Source of the DNA: Eledone cirrhosa
Lineage: Eukaryota
Assembly: GCA_964016885.1 (NCBI GenBank)
Contig: OZ024743.1
Span: 102,672,001 to 102,736,000, forward strand
Direction of reading: 5' to 3'
DNA length: 64,000 nucleotides
The notes under the pieces were generated by a model, which worked only from the letters and a program-made list of their open reading frames with translations, was not told the origin of the DNA and searched no databases. A program made the position numbers and the translations under genes. Shown in pieces: positions 38,971-50,968 of the stretch. Position 1 is the first letter of the stretch. Each line of letters starts with the position of its first letter.

Positions 38971-41900
38971 TTTTCTCTTTCTCTTAATTTTGAGTATATT
39001 TTTTGACCGGCCACCTTCCTGGTGGCAAGGTTGTAAAAGAAAAGAAATTGTCATCCCTTGAATCGCAAGAATGTTTTGCAAATTTTGAAGGTGCCAGCTA
39101 TCGCAGCCATTTGTAGACTATGAATTAGGGAGCTGCGCTTTTTGTCCGCAAATCCAAGTTCAGTCATACTTTGGTCCAAGCGGGTTGGTATATAACCCGT
39201 AGCACCAATAATGATGGGTATGAAGCTAAAGGTGTATCTTGGATACTGGATTTGTAAACTCCTCATCAATGGTCCGTAGATGTCCTCCTTCTCCTGTATT
39301 TTTCTGATAACGTTTACATCAAGTGGGCAGCTGATCTCCACAACAGAACACGTTTTCAATGTGTGGTCCCAAACTACAATATCAGGCCGGTTGTGCTTTA
39401 ATTTGGTGGCAGTTTTTATTTTCAGGTTCCACCAGTATTCCTTAGTGCCATCTGTCTCAATATATTCTTCCTCGTTTGTTGTTGATTTTGTTTTCCGAAG
39501 TGCGTTCCAGATGGTTCTAGCTATCCCATCGTGTCTCATGGGGAGGTAGTAGCGAGATGACATTCTTTCGCAGCTGGCAACAATGTGGCTTACATCCTCG
39601 ATCTTTGTTTTACATAGCCTACATTTATTGTCAGCTGCTGGCCCTCCTCTTTTGTGCAGCAGATATTTGGTAGGGAGTTCTTGTTCCTGTATTGCATAGA
39701 GATATCCCTCAAGGTGTGATGTCATAAACTTGTCGGAACTCCATGCCAGGCTTTTTGAGTGGTTTATCCCCTCTATGGTCTGTGTTTTACGCCTCAAGTA
39801 TCCATGCACAACTTTTTCTGTAAATTGGTCAATTTTTTTTTCTTGTTTGAACATTGAATAGGATCTTCCGATTTCTCTGGGTGAGAGATTTATATCGGGC
39901 TTTATTCCATATCTCTCCTCCAGATCAGTCGCTATTCTAATGATATTTCTTTTTTCATGGTCATAAACCTGGGCAAGATGGTTGCCAACCTTTTTCCTCT
40001 GTTGAAGGTGTTGCTTCAGTGTCACTATCCGGGTCTCATATGTTGTTAATATTGATTTTAGACCCCGGCCACCTTCCTTGCGTGAGAAGTATAGCCTATC
40101 CACATCACCATTGATGTTAAAGTTCCCAGTAACACTGAGAAGTTTTCGAGTTCTAACATCCATCTCACTTAGTTCTTGCAATGACCAGTTCAGTAGGCCA
40201 AATGTTGGCGTTAGAATTGGCACAGCATAAGTATTGTGGGCAATGTATTTGTTGTATGCTGACAGTTCTGATGACCATATTTTCTTTACTCTTCTGAGGT
40301 ATTCAGTTCTGGTTCTCTCCTTATTTATGGGTCCATCATATCTGACATTCTCATCCTGTCCAAGATATCTGTAGTTGTCACCTGACTGCAGAGGTTGTAT
40401 TGTCAGGCCGTTCATCTCTAGATTTCTAGAGGAGGGCACAGCTCTTCCACGTTTTACTGCCAAATATGCACACTTGGACTCACCAAATTTCATTTTGATG
40501 TCGGTTGAAAATTGTGTAATGAGGTCCAATTGTTTCTTGATGTCATTGATATTTGGCCCATACAACTTCAGGTCATCAACAAAGAAAATATGGGAGATAC
40601 TTCTGGTCCCACTTCTTTGTCGACCTTGTTTCCTGAGTAGGTAAGATAGTGGATTCAGTGAGAGAACGAAGAGTAGCACTGACAAGCTATCACCCTGAAA
40701 GATGCCCTTCTGGTAATGTATCTTATCAGTCTTAACCTGCTCCTTCTCACCTCTAAGGATCAAACTGGTGTACCAGTTCTTGGTCAGGCGTTCTACAGCA
40801 GCTACCAATGGTTGTGGGACTTTAGCTAACTGTAAAGCCTTAACAATCCACCCATGAGGTACACTATCAAATGCTTTTTGATAGTCCAGCCACACGACAG
40901 TCATGTTTCTGCGATTCTTTGTTGTTTTTTCCTGAATCATTTTGTTAGTTAGTAGGTGATCTATGCAACCCCACACCTCCCTCTTTCCACCAGCTTGCTC
41001 AGGTGTTATGATGTTGTTGGTAACACAGTGATCCTGTAAGAACAGGTTAAGGCACCCAGTATATAATTTATACATGATGTTTTGGCAGGCAATTGGGCGG
41101 TAATTTTTAGCAAGGGTGGTTTGGCTATTTTTGGGAATGAGGAGAGTAGAGGCAGTTGATAACCATCTGGGCAGTTCTTGTGTGCCCTTAATGGTTTCTG
41201 TAAACAGCCGTATGAGATCTTGCCGATAGAAAGTGAAATTCTTCAACCAGTATCCTGTAATGAGGTCTGGGCCTGGCGATTTCCTATTCGACATTTTCTG
41301 TAGAGCTGTTTCCAGTATTGACCCATCTATGTCATATTGTTTTGTCTGGACATGTTGGCAGTAGTCCTGTTCCAGTTCTTTTAGCCAATTAGCTTGTCTG
41401 TTGAATCCGTCATCCGTTTCCCATACAGATCTCCAGTAGCTCTCAACCTGTTCTTTTGAAGGGGTGTCATTTACAGAGATTGAGCTTTTGCCACCGAAGC
41501 TGCGATAAACTGATTTAGGATCTCTGGCAAACAATCTATTTAGCACTTGTCGTTTATGTGCTGTTGACTTATATTTTAGTCTTTCTGTTGTAGCTGTGAG
41601 TTGTTGTTTCAACTGGTGTAATTTGGAGTTCAAAGTTTTAAATTTTGTATCTCCAAATCTTCTCTCTAACATTTTCTTTAGGTCTTCCTGGTGTTGTGTG
41701 AAGTTGCTCTCTATGTTGCATTTCATAACGACTGCGATGTGTGAGATACTTCGTCTCAGGGACAAAATTTTGGTTTTTAAATTTCGCATCCACGCTGGTT
41801 CAGGCTTTCTGTTTGTATCTTGATTGCGTGGTTTTAGATGTGTGTTATATGCTAGCAATGTGACAGCTGAAACATATAACAAAACATTAAGCGTTTCAAA

Positions 41901-42998
41901 TGTCGTTTCTACACCTTTATATCGTATAGCCTTCAGATAATTGCCAGCTATTTCGTTCACCGCTTCCAATTCCAATTTAGTGGGTTCTTTACTGACTCTA
42001 GTGTTGTATGGTCTGTCACTCACATTAAGGCTGTGTATCTCTTGAAACATATCATTCCATATCACTTGTAGGGAGCCCACAAGTTTTTGGTGCTCTGTTT
42101 GTTCAGTAGAGTCATGAATTTCAGCCTCGTTGTTGATGTGGTGACAATTGCTACTAGAGTCAGCTGACCTTTCTCGCTGTTCTTCAGTGGAAGTGGGATG
42201 AATTTCAGCAAAATTGTTGGTGAGCTGTTCACTGTTAGATTTAGCTGGCCATTCTCTTTGTCTGTCAGTGGAGGTGGGGTGGTTGTCTACAAGGGCTGTA
42301 TTTGTAGTATCACTCGATTCCGTTAGATGTATCAATTTACATCTAATGATACGTTTTGCCTGTTCATTTAAATGCTTTGGAGAAAAGTCTAATTCTGGGT
42401 GTTTGGAGTTCCATAAAGTTTTTAGCCGTTGCATAAAACCGAACTTTTGGGGTTCAGATTGTTTGTATGCTTCATATAATACTTTGTTAAGCTCGTAGGT
42501 CCACTGTGTACAACGGTTGTAATTGCGATTTGGTCGAAGGAGACTTGTACTTTTTGCCATGATGAGTTCGTCTATTCACTAATATTTCGTATTTATTTTT
42601 CAAAATAGTCGATGATCTTCTTTAAAAGTTACGACAAAGTTCTGTCAGAATCAAATTTAAAGTTATTCACAGCTTGGGTAATATTTCTTTTCAGTTAGTT
42701 TTTAATTCTACAGCTGTGTTTTATATAAATGTAATATTTCTTTATAAATGTAATATAACAACGTTGCATTTATATGTTAAAGTGTATGTATCGTTCATAT
42801 ATCATAAGTGTATGTATCGTTCATATAAATAGGTGTTTTACAACACACTTACAGTTCAAACACTTATGTAGAATTATTGTATGTAATCTTACCGCGTAAT
42901 GTAGCTCAACTTTTTCCAATATATGGTATGTTGCCTTCATGTAAGCCGTAATTACACACGTCCGATTATCGGACACTGACCACAACGGTCGCCATTTT
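38971..42998 (-). mobile_element. Apparently full-length R4-clade-like RLE retrotransposon flanked by (CATA)n
   Basis: Single intact ORF, ~440-nt 5' UTR, 80-nt 3' UTR with hairpin GCCACC-AGGAA-GGTGGC, and (TATG)n arrays at ~38917-38970 and ~43006-43212. Confidence 0.93.
39051..42560 (-). CDS. Non-LTR retrotransposon polyprotein: Myb-like N-terminus, reverse transcriptase, CCHC, PD-(D/E)xK restriction-like endonuclease (1169 aa)
   Basis: Uninterrupted ORF with WTYELN, SPGPD, YRPIAC, WLDYQKAFDSV, GIFQGDSLS, FVDDLKL, YLG, CRLC-x8-H-x4-C, RHD and RPDI..VEISCP. Confidence 0.95.
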   Translation of the reverse strand: MAKSTSLLRPNRNYNRCTQWTYELNKVLYEAYKQSEPQKFGFMQRLKTLWNSKHPELDFSPKHLNEQAKRIIRCKLIHLTESSDTTNTALVDNHPTSTDRQREWPAKSNSEQLTNNFAEIHPTSTEEQRERSADSSSNCHHINNEAEIHDSTEQTEHQKLVGSLQVIWNDMFQEIHSLNVSDRPYNTRVSKEPTKLELEAVNEIAGNYLKAIRYKGVETTFETLNVLLYVSAVTLLAYNTHLKPRNQDTNRKPEPAWMRNLKTKILSLRRSISHIAVVMKCNIESNFTQHQEDLKKMLERRFGDTKFKTLNSKLHQLKQQLTATTERLKYKSTAHKRQVLNRLFARDPKSVYRSFGGKSSISVNDTPSKEQVESYWRSVWETDDGFNRQANWLKELEQDYCQHVQTKQYDIDGSILETALQKMSNRKSPGPDLITGYWLKNFTFYRQDLIRLFTETIKGTQELPRWLSTASTLLIPKNSQTTLAKNYRPIACQNIMYKLYTGCLNLFLQDHCVTNNIITPEQAGGKREVWGCIDHLLTNKMIQEKTTKNRRNMTVVWLDYQKAFDSVPHGWIVKALQLAKVPQPLVAAVERLTKNWYTSLILRGEKEQVKTDKIHYQKGIFQGDSLSVLLFVLSLNPLSYLLRKQGRQRSGTRSISHIFFVDDLKLYGPNINDIKKQLDLITQFSTDIKMKFGESKCAYLAVKRGRAVPSSRNLEMNGLTIQPLQSGDNYRYLGQDENVRYDGPINKERTRTEYLRRVKKIWSSELSAYNKYIAHNTYAVPILTPTFGLLNWSLQELSEMDVRTRKLLSVTGNFNINGDVDRLYFSRKEGGRGLKSILTTYETRIVTLKQHLQQRKKVGNHLAQVYDHEKRNIIRIATDLEERYGIKPDINLSPREIGRSYSMFKQEKKIDQFTEKVVHGYLRRKTQTIEGINHSKSLAWSSDKFMTSHLEGYLYAIQEQELPTKYLLHKRGGPAADNKCRLCKTKIEDVSHIVASCERMSSRYYLPMRHDGIARTIWNALRKTKSTTNEEEYIETDGTKEYWWNLKIKTATKLKHNRPDIVVWDHTLKTCSVVEISCPLDVNVIRKIQEKEDIYGPLMRSLQIQYPRYTFSFIPIIIGATGYIPTRLDQSMTELGFADKKRSSLIHSLQMAAIAGTFKICKTFLRFKG

Positions 42999-42999
42999 A

Positions 43000-43035
<36 letters not shown>

Positions 43036-43213
43036 TGTATGTATGTATGTATGTATGTTTATTTGTATGTATGTATGTATGTATGTATGTATGTATGTAT
43101 GTATGTATGTATGTATGTATGTATGTATGTATGTACGTACGTACGTATGTATGTATGTATGTACGTATGTACGTACCTATGTATATATGTATGTATGTAC
43201 GTATGTATGTATG

Positions 43214-44230
43214 CCAAATATCTTGGAGTGGTTGATAAGTTTGTCTACTTGGGAAGCACTGTCACTCGATACAGCAACCTTGATAATGAAATCCCTCTCA
43301 GGATTAGGAAAGCAAGTGATGCTTTCGGAAAGTTAGAAAGGTGCCTCAGGGATCGGCGAGACATATGCAAGAAGACAAAGGTAAAGTTGTACAAGGCATG
43401 TGTGCTCTCTTCTCATCTTTATGCATGCGAGACCTGGGTCACATATCAACACCACCTTAAACAATTGGAGCGTTTCCATCTGATGTGCCTCAGACAGATC
43501 CATAGCGTTCACTGGCGGGACCACATCAGTGATGTCGAGATTTTGGAAAGCTCTTTGTGTGACAGTATAGAAGCTTTTGTGCTTAAGTAAAGATTCCGTT
43601 GGAGTGGGCACCTTGCCAGGATGAAGTATTCTAGAATACCAAAAAAAACTCTTTTATGGACAGTTAGTTAAAGGAGAACGACCGCCACATAAACCAAAAA
43701 GAGGTATAAGGATTCGTTGAAAGCCTCTTTGAAAGATGCTAACATCTCTGCTGATACATGGGAAAATGTTGCCGCTGACCGTAACAAATGGAGAAAGACA
43801 AATGGAGAAAGACTGTATATGAGGGGAAAGATGCCTTTGAGGCTTCTCGAATCGCATACGAAAAAGTAAAGCCGAATGTGAGGATGGGAATTACTGGTGC
43901 ATTTCCAGACAACGGTCCTATTATGGCGCTGAGATGCAGTGTCTGTACGAGATTCTGTCTCCGTAAAGCTGGACTTGAAAGTCATCTTCGCAGTCATAAA
44001 GTGAGACCAGTGGTTGACTGCCAGGCTGCTGTTGGAGATGCTACTCATCATGCCTGTCAACATGTGGTAGAGAGTGTAAATCAGCAGAAGGGCTCAAACG
44101 ACATGCAAAAGTACACGAACACCAACCACAGTCGGCTATTCCCAGTGAATGTTTTGGTTGCCAACTCCGTGCAAGACATTTTAGATCATTGGTTGGGCTA
44201 AAAAGCCACATTCGATCGCAGGACTGTTAA
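43214..44230 (+). mobile_element. 5'-truncated, decayed RTE(BovB)-like LINE with C-terminal C2H2 zinc fingers
   Basis: VDKFVYLGS, RIRKASDAFGKL, LYACETW, LERFH..CLR.I...W.D and RWSGHLARM; CSVCTRFCLRKAGLESHLRSH plus two further finger remnants. Confidence 0.88.
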
Positions 44231-44323
44231 TTGTTGTTGTGTGTGTATGTGTGTGTGTGTGTATATAAATATATATAGATATATATATGTGTGTGTGTAT
44301 GTATATATACATTTATTATTATA

Positions 44324-44430
44324 ATCCCGCCGAGGTTAACTTTGCCTTTCATCCTTCCGGGGTCGATAGAATAAAGTACCAGTAATGCATTGGGTAATTG
44401 CTGGCCTTGTGCCAAAAGTAGAAACAATTA
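44324..44430 (+). mobile_element. 5'-truncated SINE followed by (TTA)n
   Basis: ATCCCGCCGAGGTTAAC...GTAGAAACAATTATT. Confidence 0.88.
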
Positions 44431-44447
44431 TTATTATAATAATAATA

Positions 44448-44497
<50 letters not shown>

Positions 44498-44700
44498 AGT
44501 TGCATTTATCTTGCTTTATGTTCATACGAGTTATCACCAAGTCACAACCAGTGACCTCAAGAGACAACAATGTCCGCCATGTTCAAGAAAGAACATACAT
44601 ATTCACACATGCATCTTTAGTGTTTAGACTTGTGATGGACTTATATTGACAGAATCTTCCTTAGTATATGGGCAGTTTCCATTAGTATATTATTATTATT

Positions 44701-47700
44701 GTTTTTTGAGTCTCTGTCATCGATGTTAGTTAACTGGAAAGTTTGTTGAAATGAATATCAAGCCACTACCTGCAGCCTCAGATATTCAGGACGTATCGGA
44801 GGGTTATTGCTGTTCCCAGCAAGCATGCCTTTTGAAGTGTTCCAAAAAGCGGGGCGGAGCCAATTTTCTTTAACCATCGCTGGAAACCTTTTGAGATAGT
44901 ACCTAGTGCGCCTATGACAATCGGGACCACTTTGACTTCATGGCAGTTCCAAATGCTTTTTACCTCCCACTTTAAGTCCTGGTATCGGTTAATTTTCTCC
45001 CTCTCCTTCTCTTGCACTCTCGTGTCGAATGGGCAGGCCACATCCACAATCAGACACGATCTTTTTTCCTTGTCCAAAACCACCAGGTAAGGTCAGGTCT
45101 ATTGTGTTCCAGTTTCTTGTCCGTCTGTATCCTAAAATCCCATAGCATCTTCACCTGATCGTTTTCTATCACCGACTCTGGCTTATGCTCATACCACTTC
45201 TCAGAATGTGGTAAATTGTTTACTTTGCATAAGTGCCAGTGGATCACCCTGCCCATCACATCATGTCTCCAGCCTTTATAGTGAGTCTGGGCTAGGTGTT
45301 TACATTCGGATACAATGTGTACCACAGTTTCCTCTCTCTCTCTCCACAGATCCTGTACAGTGCGCTAGCCTCCTCCTCGAGGGCCTGCTCTTGCGCAGCC
45401 ATTAGCATTCCTTCTGTAGCCTTTTTAAGGTCTCCTCTTCTCAACCAGTTCCATGTCTGTGGATCTCTGAATTCCGTTTTCTCAAAGAAGGTACTATGAA
45501 GGGATTTTTTCATGAAGGCTGCTATTTCTCCTTGTTGTATTTCCGCCTTGGACATCCCCTGGTCTAATGTCCTCTCTTTCAGTACAATTCTGAGCATTGG
45601 CTCCTTACTATCGGTCACGTATTTGTGTAGGTTGTTTTTCTCCATCTGAACACAGTCCTCTATGCTGATAAGACCTCTTCCACCTTCAGATCTCCTTAAG
45701 TAGAGTCTAACTACATTACTCCTCTTGTGGAACATGTTGTAGATAGTCAATAGCTCCCTAGTCTTCCTATCCATTTATTTTTGTTCAGCAACATTCCATC
45801 TCAGAATTCCCGCACTGTACCTAATAATAGACACAGCTCGGGAATGTACTGCACTTATGGCATTCCTACTGTTCAGATGTGACTTTAATACGCTCTTTAC
45901 TCTCCGAATGTATTCAGATCTTATCAATTTCTTCATTGTTTTGTTCTTGATGCCATCGGCCTCCAGAATACCCAAATACTTGTATCCTTCTTCAGTGTCA
46001 ATTTCCTTTATCATCTCACCTGTTGGTATCAGGATTCCGTTGCTTCTGCTCAATTTACCCCTCTTCATCACAAGGACTCCACACTTACTAATACCAAATT
46101 GCATACATATATCATTGCTGAAAATACGGACAGTGTCAACAAGCACATGAAACTCCTCACGCTTCCCGAAAAGCTTAAGATCGTCCATGAAGAGGAGGGT
46201 GATTGATGGTAAGCTCTCCCTTTCCCAACTTGTATCCTGCTCTCACTTTTCGCAGTATAATGGTCAGGGTGTATCAGGGCAAGGACAAACAGCAGAGGGG
46301 ACAGACTATCTCCCTGGAAGATACCTCTCTTGATCTTCACGCCTCCCAAGGATTCTCCAGCTGATGTTAACTCTGTTTTCCAGGACTTCATACTTTGGCT
46401 CAACAACTGTCTGATGTTATCTGCCACCTTGAAGATCTCTAGGCTTTTGGTGATCCAAGAATGAGGCACCATGTCAAATGCCTTTTTGTAGTCTATCCAT
46501 CCCATGGCAAGACCAGTGTGTCTCCTCTTGCAATTCCTCATTACCATCTTCTCAATAAGTAACTGGTCCTTTGTACCACGGGACTTCTTTCGGCATCCTT
46601 TCTGTTCGTCCGGTAACAAGTTGTTTGTGTGAAGGTGATGGTAGATTTCCTCAGACACAATGCTTGTCAACAGTTTCCACATTACGGACAGACATGTGAT
46701 AGGTCTATAGTTGGTAACATCATTACCCTTGATTCGGTCTTTCAATACCAGAAATGTGGTACCTTTTGTCAACCACTCTGGTACCTCACCTGACATCAAG
46801 CAGTCATTGAACATGGTTGTCAGTTTCGGGTGGAGGGATGTTACATGTTTAATTCAATACGCCTGCACACCATCTGAGCCTGGTGATTTCCAGTTGGTTA
46901 GTTTTTTGGCCTGTCCCTTAAGAGTTTCAACTGTCATACTCAAATCAGTTTGTTGGTGTGCCTGTTCACTAATCTCCTTTTGTACTGTCTCAATCCACAC
47001 TGCCTGGTCATTATGTTTAACATCCTGCTCCCATATTCCTCTCCAGAATGTCTTAGTTTGTTCCGCCTCAGGTATCAAATCGTTGCCTCTTTCTTTCCCT
47101 TCAAGCTATCCAAACAACAACTTCTGGTTGTTGTCAAACATGCGGTTTTGTCTATACTGACTGACTCTGCTCTCGTATCGCCTAATTTTTGCACTCTTTG
47201 CTACAATGCGTTGCTTCAGTTCCTCTATGATAATATTTAGCTTTTTCCTCCTAGTTTTGTACTTTATTTCCAGTCTATTTTTTGTCTATGTTTTTTAGTG
47301 TCCCATTCAGTAGGGACTCAAGCTTTCTAATGTCATTTCTCATTTCCCTGATTGGACCATTCAGTCGTTTCTTCCACCAAGGTTCTGATCTTTCTTGTTT
47401 GTTGTTTCCTCTCGCTTTTATGCCAAGTAATTTACTCACCGCATTTGCTGTTGCTTTGAGCATATTGTTGCACTGGTGAAGGCTCCTCGCCTCAAGGTAT
47501 GGGATGACTTTGTTTACCTTAGCTGTTGTTTCTTTTAACTTTTCCTGTCTACAAATCTTAGGTTCATAGGTTTCCCACTATCATTGTTCATTTCATCTAC
47601 CACTAAGTTTAGGATATCAACCAAATCTTGTCCTAGTCAGTCAGCATTCATCTCTTCAATGGCCGTATCTTTGTTCCAGGTATTATTTATTTCAGCATGC

Positions 47701-47985
47701 AGATCATTGTCTGCTTCGGATGGTTCCTCCGTTCTCTCAACCTCTTCACCTTCATTTCCCACTGGCTTGTGTGCCTGGCATACTCCACTCTCCATTTCCA
47801 ACCTATCTCTCTGCTCAGTTCCTCTAGTTCCAGCTCGCTTATCCACCCATTAGTTCTTATTACCCGAGCCTGCCCGGCCAATATTTGTTCATCTAATTTA
47901 AATAGACCAATCTCGTTCCAGATGTGATGCATCCGTTTTCTATAGCATTTTTCCTTGGGTTACTCTTCAGATTGACCGGGTCATC
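44701..47985 (-). mobile_element. Decayed Dong/R4-like RLE retrotransposon ending in (TAA)n
   Basis: Frameshifted pieces: PWWKKRL, NWKSPGSDG, YRPITCL, WIDYKKAFD, GIFQGDSLSP, MDDLKL, AAQEQAL, RHD, RPD..DVACP. Confidence 0.92.
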
Positions 47986-48515
47986 AAATGAGTCTATTTA
48001 TATATTTTGATGCCTTCCTCATTTAGTGGGAATACTACGATGCCTGTCTTAGCAGGAGGTAGTGGGAGAGAATAGCGGCGGTAGCGATAATGAGGCAGTG
48101 GTGGTGGTGATGTGATCGTAGTACTGTAGTGATGATGTTGAAGTTGAAGTAGAAATAGAAGTTGAGGTAAGTTGACTAGAGTTCTTGGCGTGGTAGTGGT
48201 GATGGTGGCGGTGGTGGTGTTGGTGGTGAAATTATTTGCCTGTCTGTCCACTTAGCCATTTTTCTCTTTTTCGACTATAACATTTCTGATCCAAAATTAA
48301 ATATTAAATATTGGGGCCCTATGCCGTAATGTGATGCGTTGCCGCTTGCTGAATGTCAAAACTGTAATCTTATCTCATATTTCATTTGAAATAAGAATTA
48401 TTCTATCACAGTTGTTTTAAATAAGTAAAAATCAAAAACTTACGGGAGCGATTCCATAACGATATATATCCACCATGTGCGTTTTCTTCCCATTCTTCCC
48501 ATTATTATTATTATT

Positions 48516-48716
48516 AAGGGCGGTGGATTGGCAGTATCGGTAGAGGGTCGGACGCCATGCTTTCCAGCATAGTTACGTCCCTTTACGATCTGAGTTCAAA
48601 TCCCGCCGAGGTTGACTTTGCCTTTCATCCTTACGGGGTCGATAAAATAAAGTACCAGTAATGCACTGGGTAATTGCTGGCCTTGTGCCTAAAGTAGAAA
48701 CAATTATTATTATTAT
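48516..48716 (+). mobile_element. SINE, full length, in (TTA)n
   Basis: Family consensus from GGCGGTGGATTGGCAG to GTAGAAACAATTATT. Confidence 0.9.
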
Positions 48717-48725
48717 TGTTGTTAT

Positions 48726-49623
48726 TCCTTGAATCTCAGTCATTGATGTTGGTTAACTGGAAAGTCCGTTGGAATGAATATCAAGCCACTACCTGCAGCC
48801 TCAGATATTCAGGACGTATCGGAGGGTTCTTGCTGTTCCAAGCAAGCATGCCTTTTGAAGCGTTCCAAAAAGCGTGACGGGACCGATTTTCTTTAACCAT
48901 CCCTGGAAACTTTTGGAGATAGTCCCCAGTGCGCCTATGACAATCGGGATCACTTTGACTTCATGGCAGTTCCAAATCCTTTTCACCTCCCACTTTAGGT
49001 CCTGGTATCGGTTAATTTTCTCCCTCTCCTTCTCTTGCACTCTCGTGTCGAAAGGGCAGGCCACATCCACAATCAGACACGATCTTTTTTCTTTGTCCAC
49101 AACCACCAGGTCAGGTCTATTGTGTTCCAGTTTTTTGTCCGTCTGTATCCTAAAATCCCACAGCACCTTCACTTGATTGTTCTCCACCACCGCCTCTGGC
49201 CTATGCTCATACCATTTCTCAGAGTGTGGTAAATTGTTTACTTTGCACAGGTGCCAGTGGATCACCCTGCCCATCACATCGTGTCTCCAGCCCTTATAGT
49301 GGGTCTGGGCTCGGTGTTTACACTCGGACACAATGTGAGCCACAGTCTCCTCTCTCTCTCCACAGATCCTGCACAGTGGGCTAGCCTCCTCCTTGTAAAT
49401 ATGGTGCTTCAACCACTTCGTTTTGAGGGCCTGCTCCTGCGCAGCCATTAGCATTCCTTCTGTAGCCTTTTTGAGGTCTCCTCTTCTCAACCAGTTCCAT
49501 GTCTGTGGATCTCTAAATTCAGTTTTCTCAAAGAAGGTACTATGAAGGGATTTTCCCTTAAGGCTGCTCTTCCTCCTTGATGTTATTTCCTCCTTGGACA
49601 TCCCCTGACCTACTGTCCCCTCC
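48726..49623 (-). mobile_element. 5'-truncated Dong/R4-like copy with an open CCHC-RLE frame, flanked by (TTA)n
   Basis: ORF 48801..49601 has CRIC..H..C, RHD and RPDLV..DVACP. Paralog of ~44701-45570. TTA repeats on both sides. Confidence 0.92.
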
Positions 49624-49655
<32 letters not shown>

Positions 49656-49789
49656 GAATGCTATGGTTGACGGAGGCTCGGCTCTGTAAGGTATTGTAAA
49701 TTTTGAACACTATAACAATTGTAAATTGTTTAAAACTTTAACGAACTTGTAGACAAAAACACCCTCCTCCTCGTGAGAGGGGTCGCCGT

Positions 49790-50834
49790 TTGCTAGACAC
49801 GTATTTCCCCAGCTCGTTTTCTTGACGGAGCTGCAGTCCTGGGTCAAGCGAAGACCGAGAGGGAGCGCCTGGAGACTGGAATGTCTTCAGGCGCTCACAG
49901 CCCTCGACCAATCGGGCAATGTGATCGGTGGAAACTCCACCTCGGCGTTCTATAGATGATTAGTGGAGGGGAAGAGCGACGACGTACTTGGGGAAACTCT
50001 AGGCATCGACGAAAATCAACTAGCCAATCTCTTCGGAAGAACTTTCGGGCCAGGGCCTATGGACAACTTCCAGAAATCTCTGGCCTGGCAGTGCTACCGA
50101 GGAGCCTTGCCAGTTCGGGATAAACTCTACAGGCATGGAGGTGCCGTCAGCCGGGCATGTCCGAGATGCGCGCAGGGCGACGAAACCGTCCTGCACGCAC
50201 TCGTCCAGTGTCCGAAAATTGCTGACTTGTGGGTTTATGTCGAACACCTGCTGTCGCGTTTAGGACGGATCCAGCTATCATCTGAGTCTATCGTGAGGAT
50301 TGCCCCGCCCTCCTCCTTTAGCCGGGAAGGGCAGGCAGTTTTTATCTGTCTGGTGGCCATGGCGAAAGAGATAGTATGGTGGACACGTTTGAAAGGGCTG
50401 AAGACGAGCACTTACCTCTTCGGTGATGCTCTGATTGACTTTTTCAAATTTCATTTGAAAAGGAAAATCAGAGTAGAGAAGGAAGTGCTCTCTTCCCAGC
50501 ATTTTGTTGAAAGATGGGTGAGAGAAGCAAGAATGGCCCGAGTGAATGGGCCGACTCTGAGTATATATCTGTAAACTAAAGGTGGAAAACTTGGAAAGGG
50601 CACTTGCCTTGGTGGTCAGGGTCATTGTGGCTTTTTACTGGGCTTTCTCCACAAATGTCCCTCCGAAGTCTCCCCCCTATTGGGGAATTTTTCATTGTTA
50701 TTTTCATTGTTATTTTTGTTACATCCTCTGTTTTTGTTTTTTTACACGCAGAAATGCCCATTTGTACCGTCCTGCATTGTCCTGCACTGTCCTTAATGTC
50801 TACTTTATGTAAACCCTTGTGGTTAATAAAGAAA

Positions 50835-50835
<1 letters not shown>
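49790..50835 (+). mobile_element. 5'-truncated L1/Tx1-like LINE (second subfamily) ending in (TTA)n
   Basis: ORF 49963..50574 is homologous to 64..690. The 3' UTR ends AATAAAGAAATC followed by (ATT)n. Confidence 0.9.
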
Positions 50836-50902
<67 letters not shown>

Positions 50903-50924
50903 GTCCTTATTATGTTGTTGTTTA

Positions 50925-50968
50925 TCGGTGCAATGGCCATACTCGATAACGACGGGGCAGCCATCATG
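50925..50968 (+). mobile_element. Isolated RTE-like 3' tail
   Basis: GCAATGGCCATACTCGATAACGACGGGGCAGCCATCAT matches the reverse complement of ~51564-51605. Followed by TATG repeats. Confidence 0.6.

Noticed and set aside
39280-42498. Plus-strand ORFs overlapping the R4-like ORF, and similar antisense ORFs in other LINEs
   Set aside because: Shadow ORFs of the coding strand with no recognisable motifs.
47994-48251. Thr/Pro/His-rich ORF
   Set aside because: Low-complexity (GGT/AGT)n sequence.
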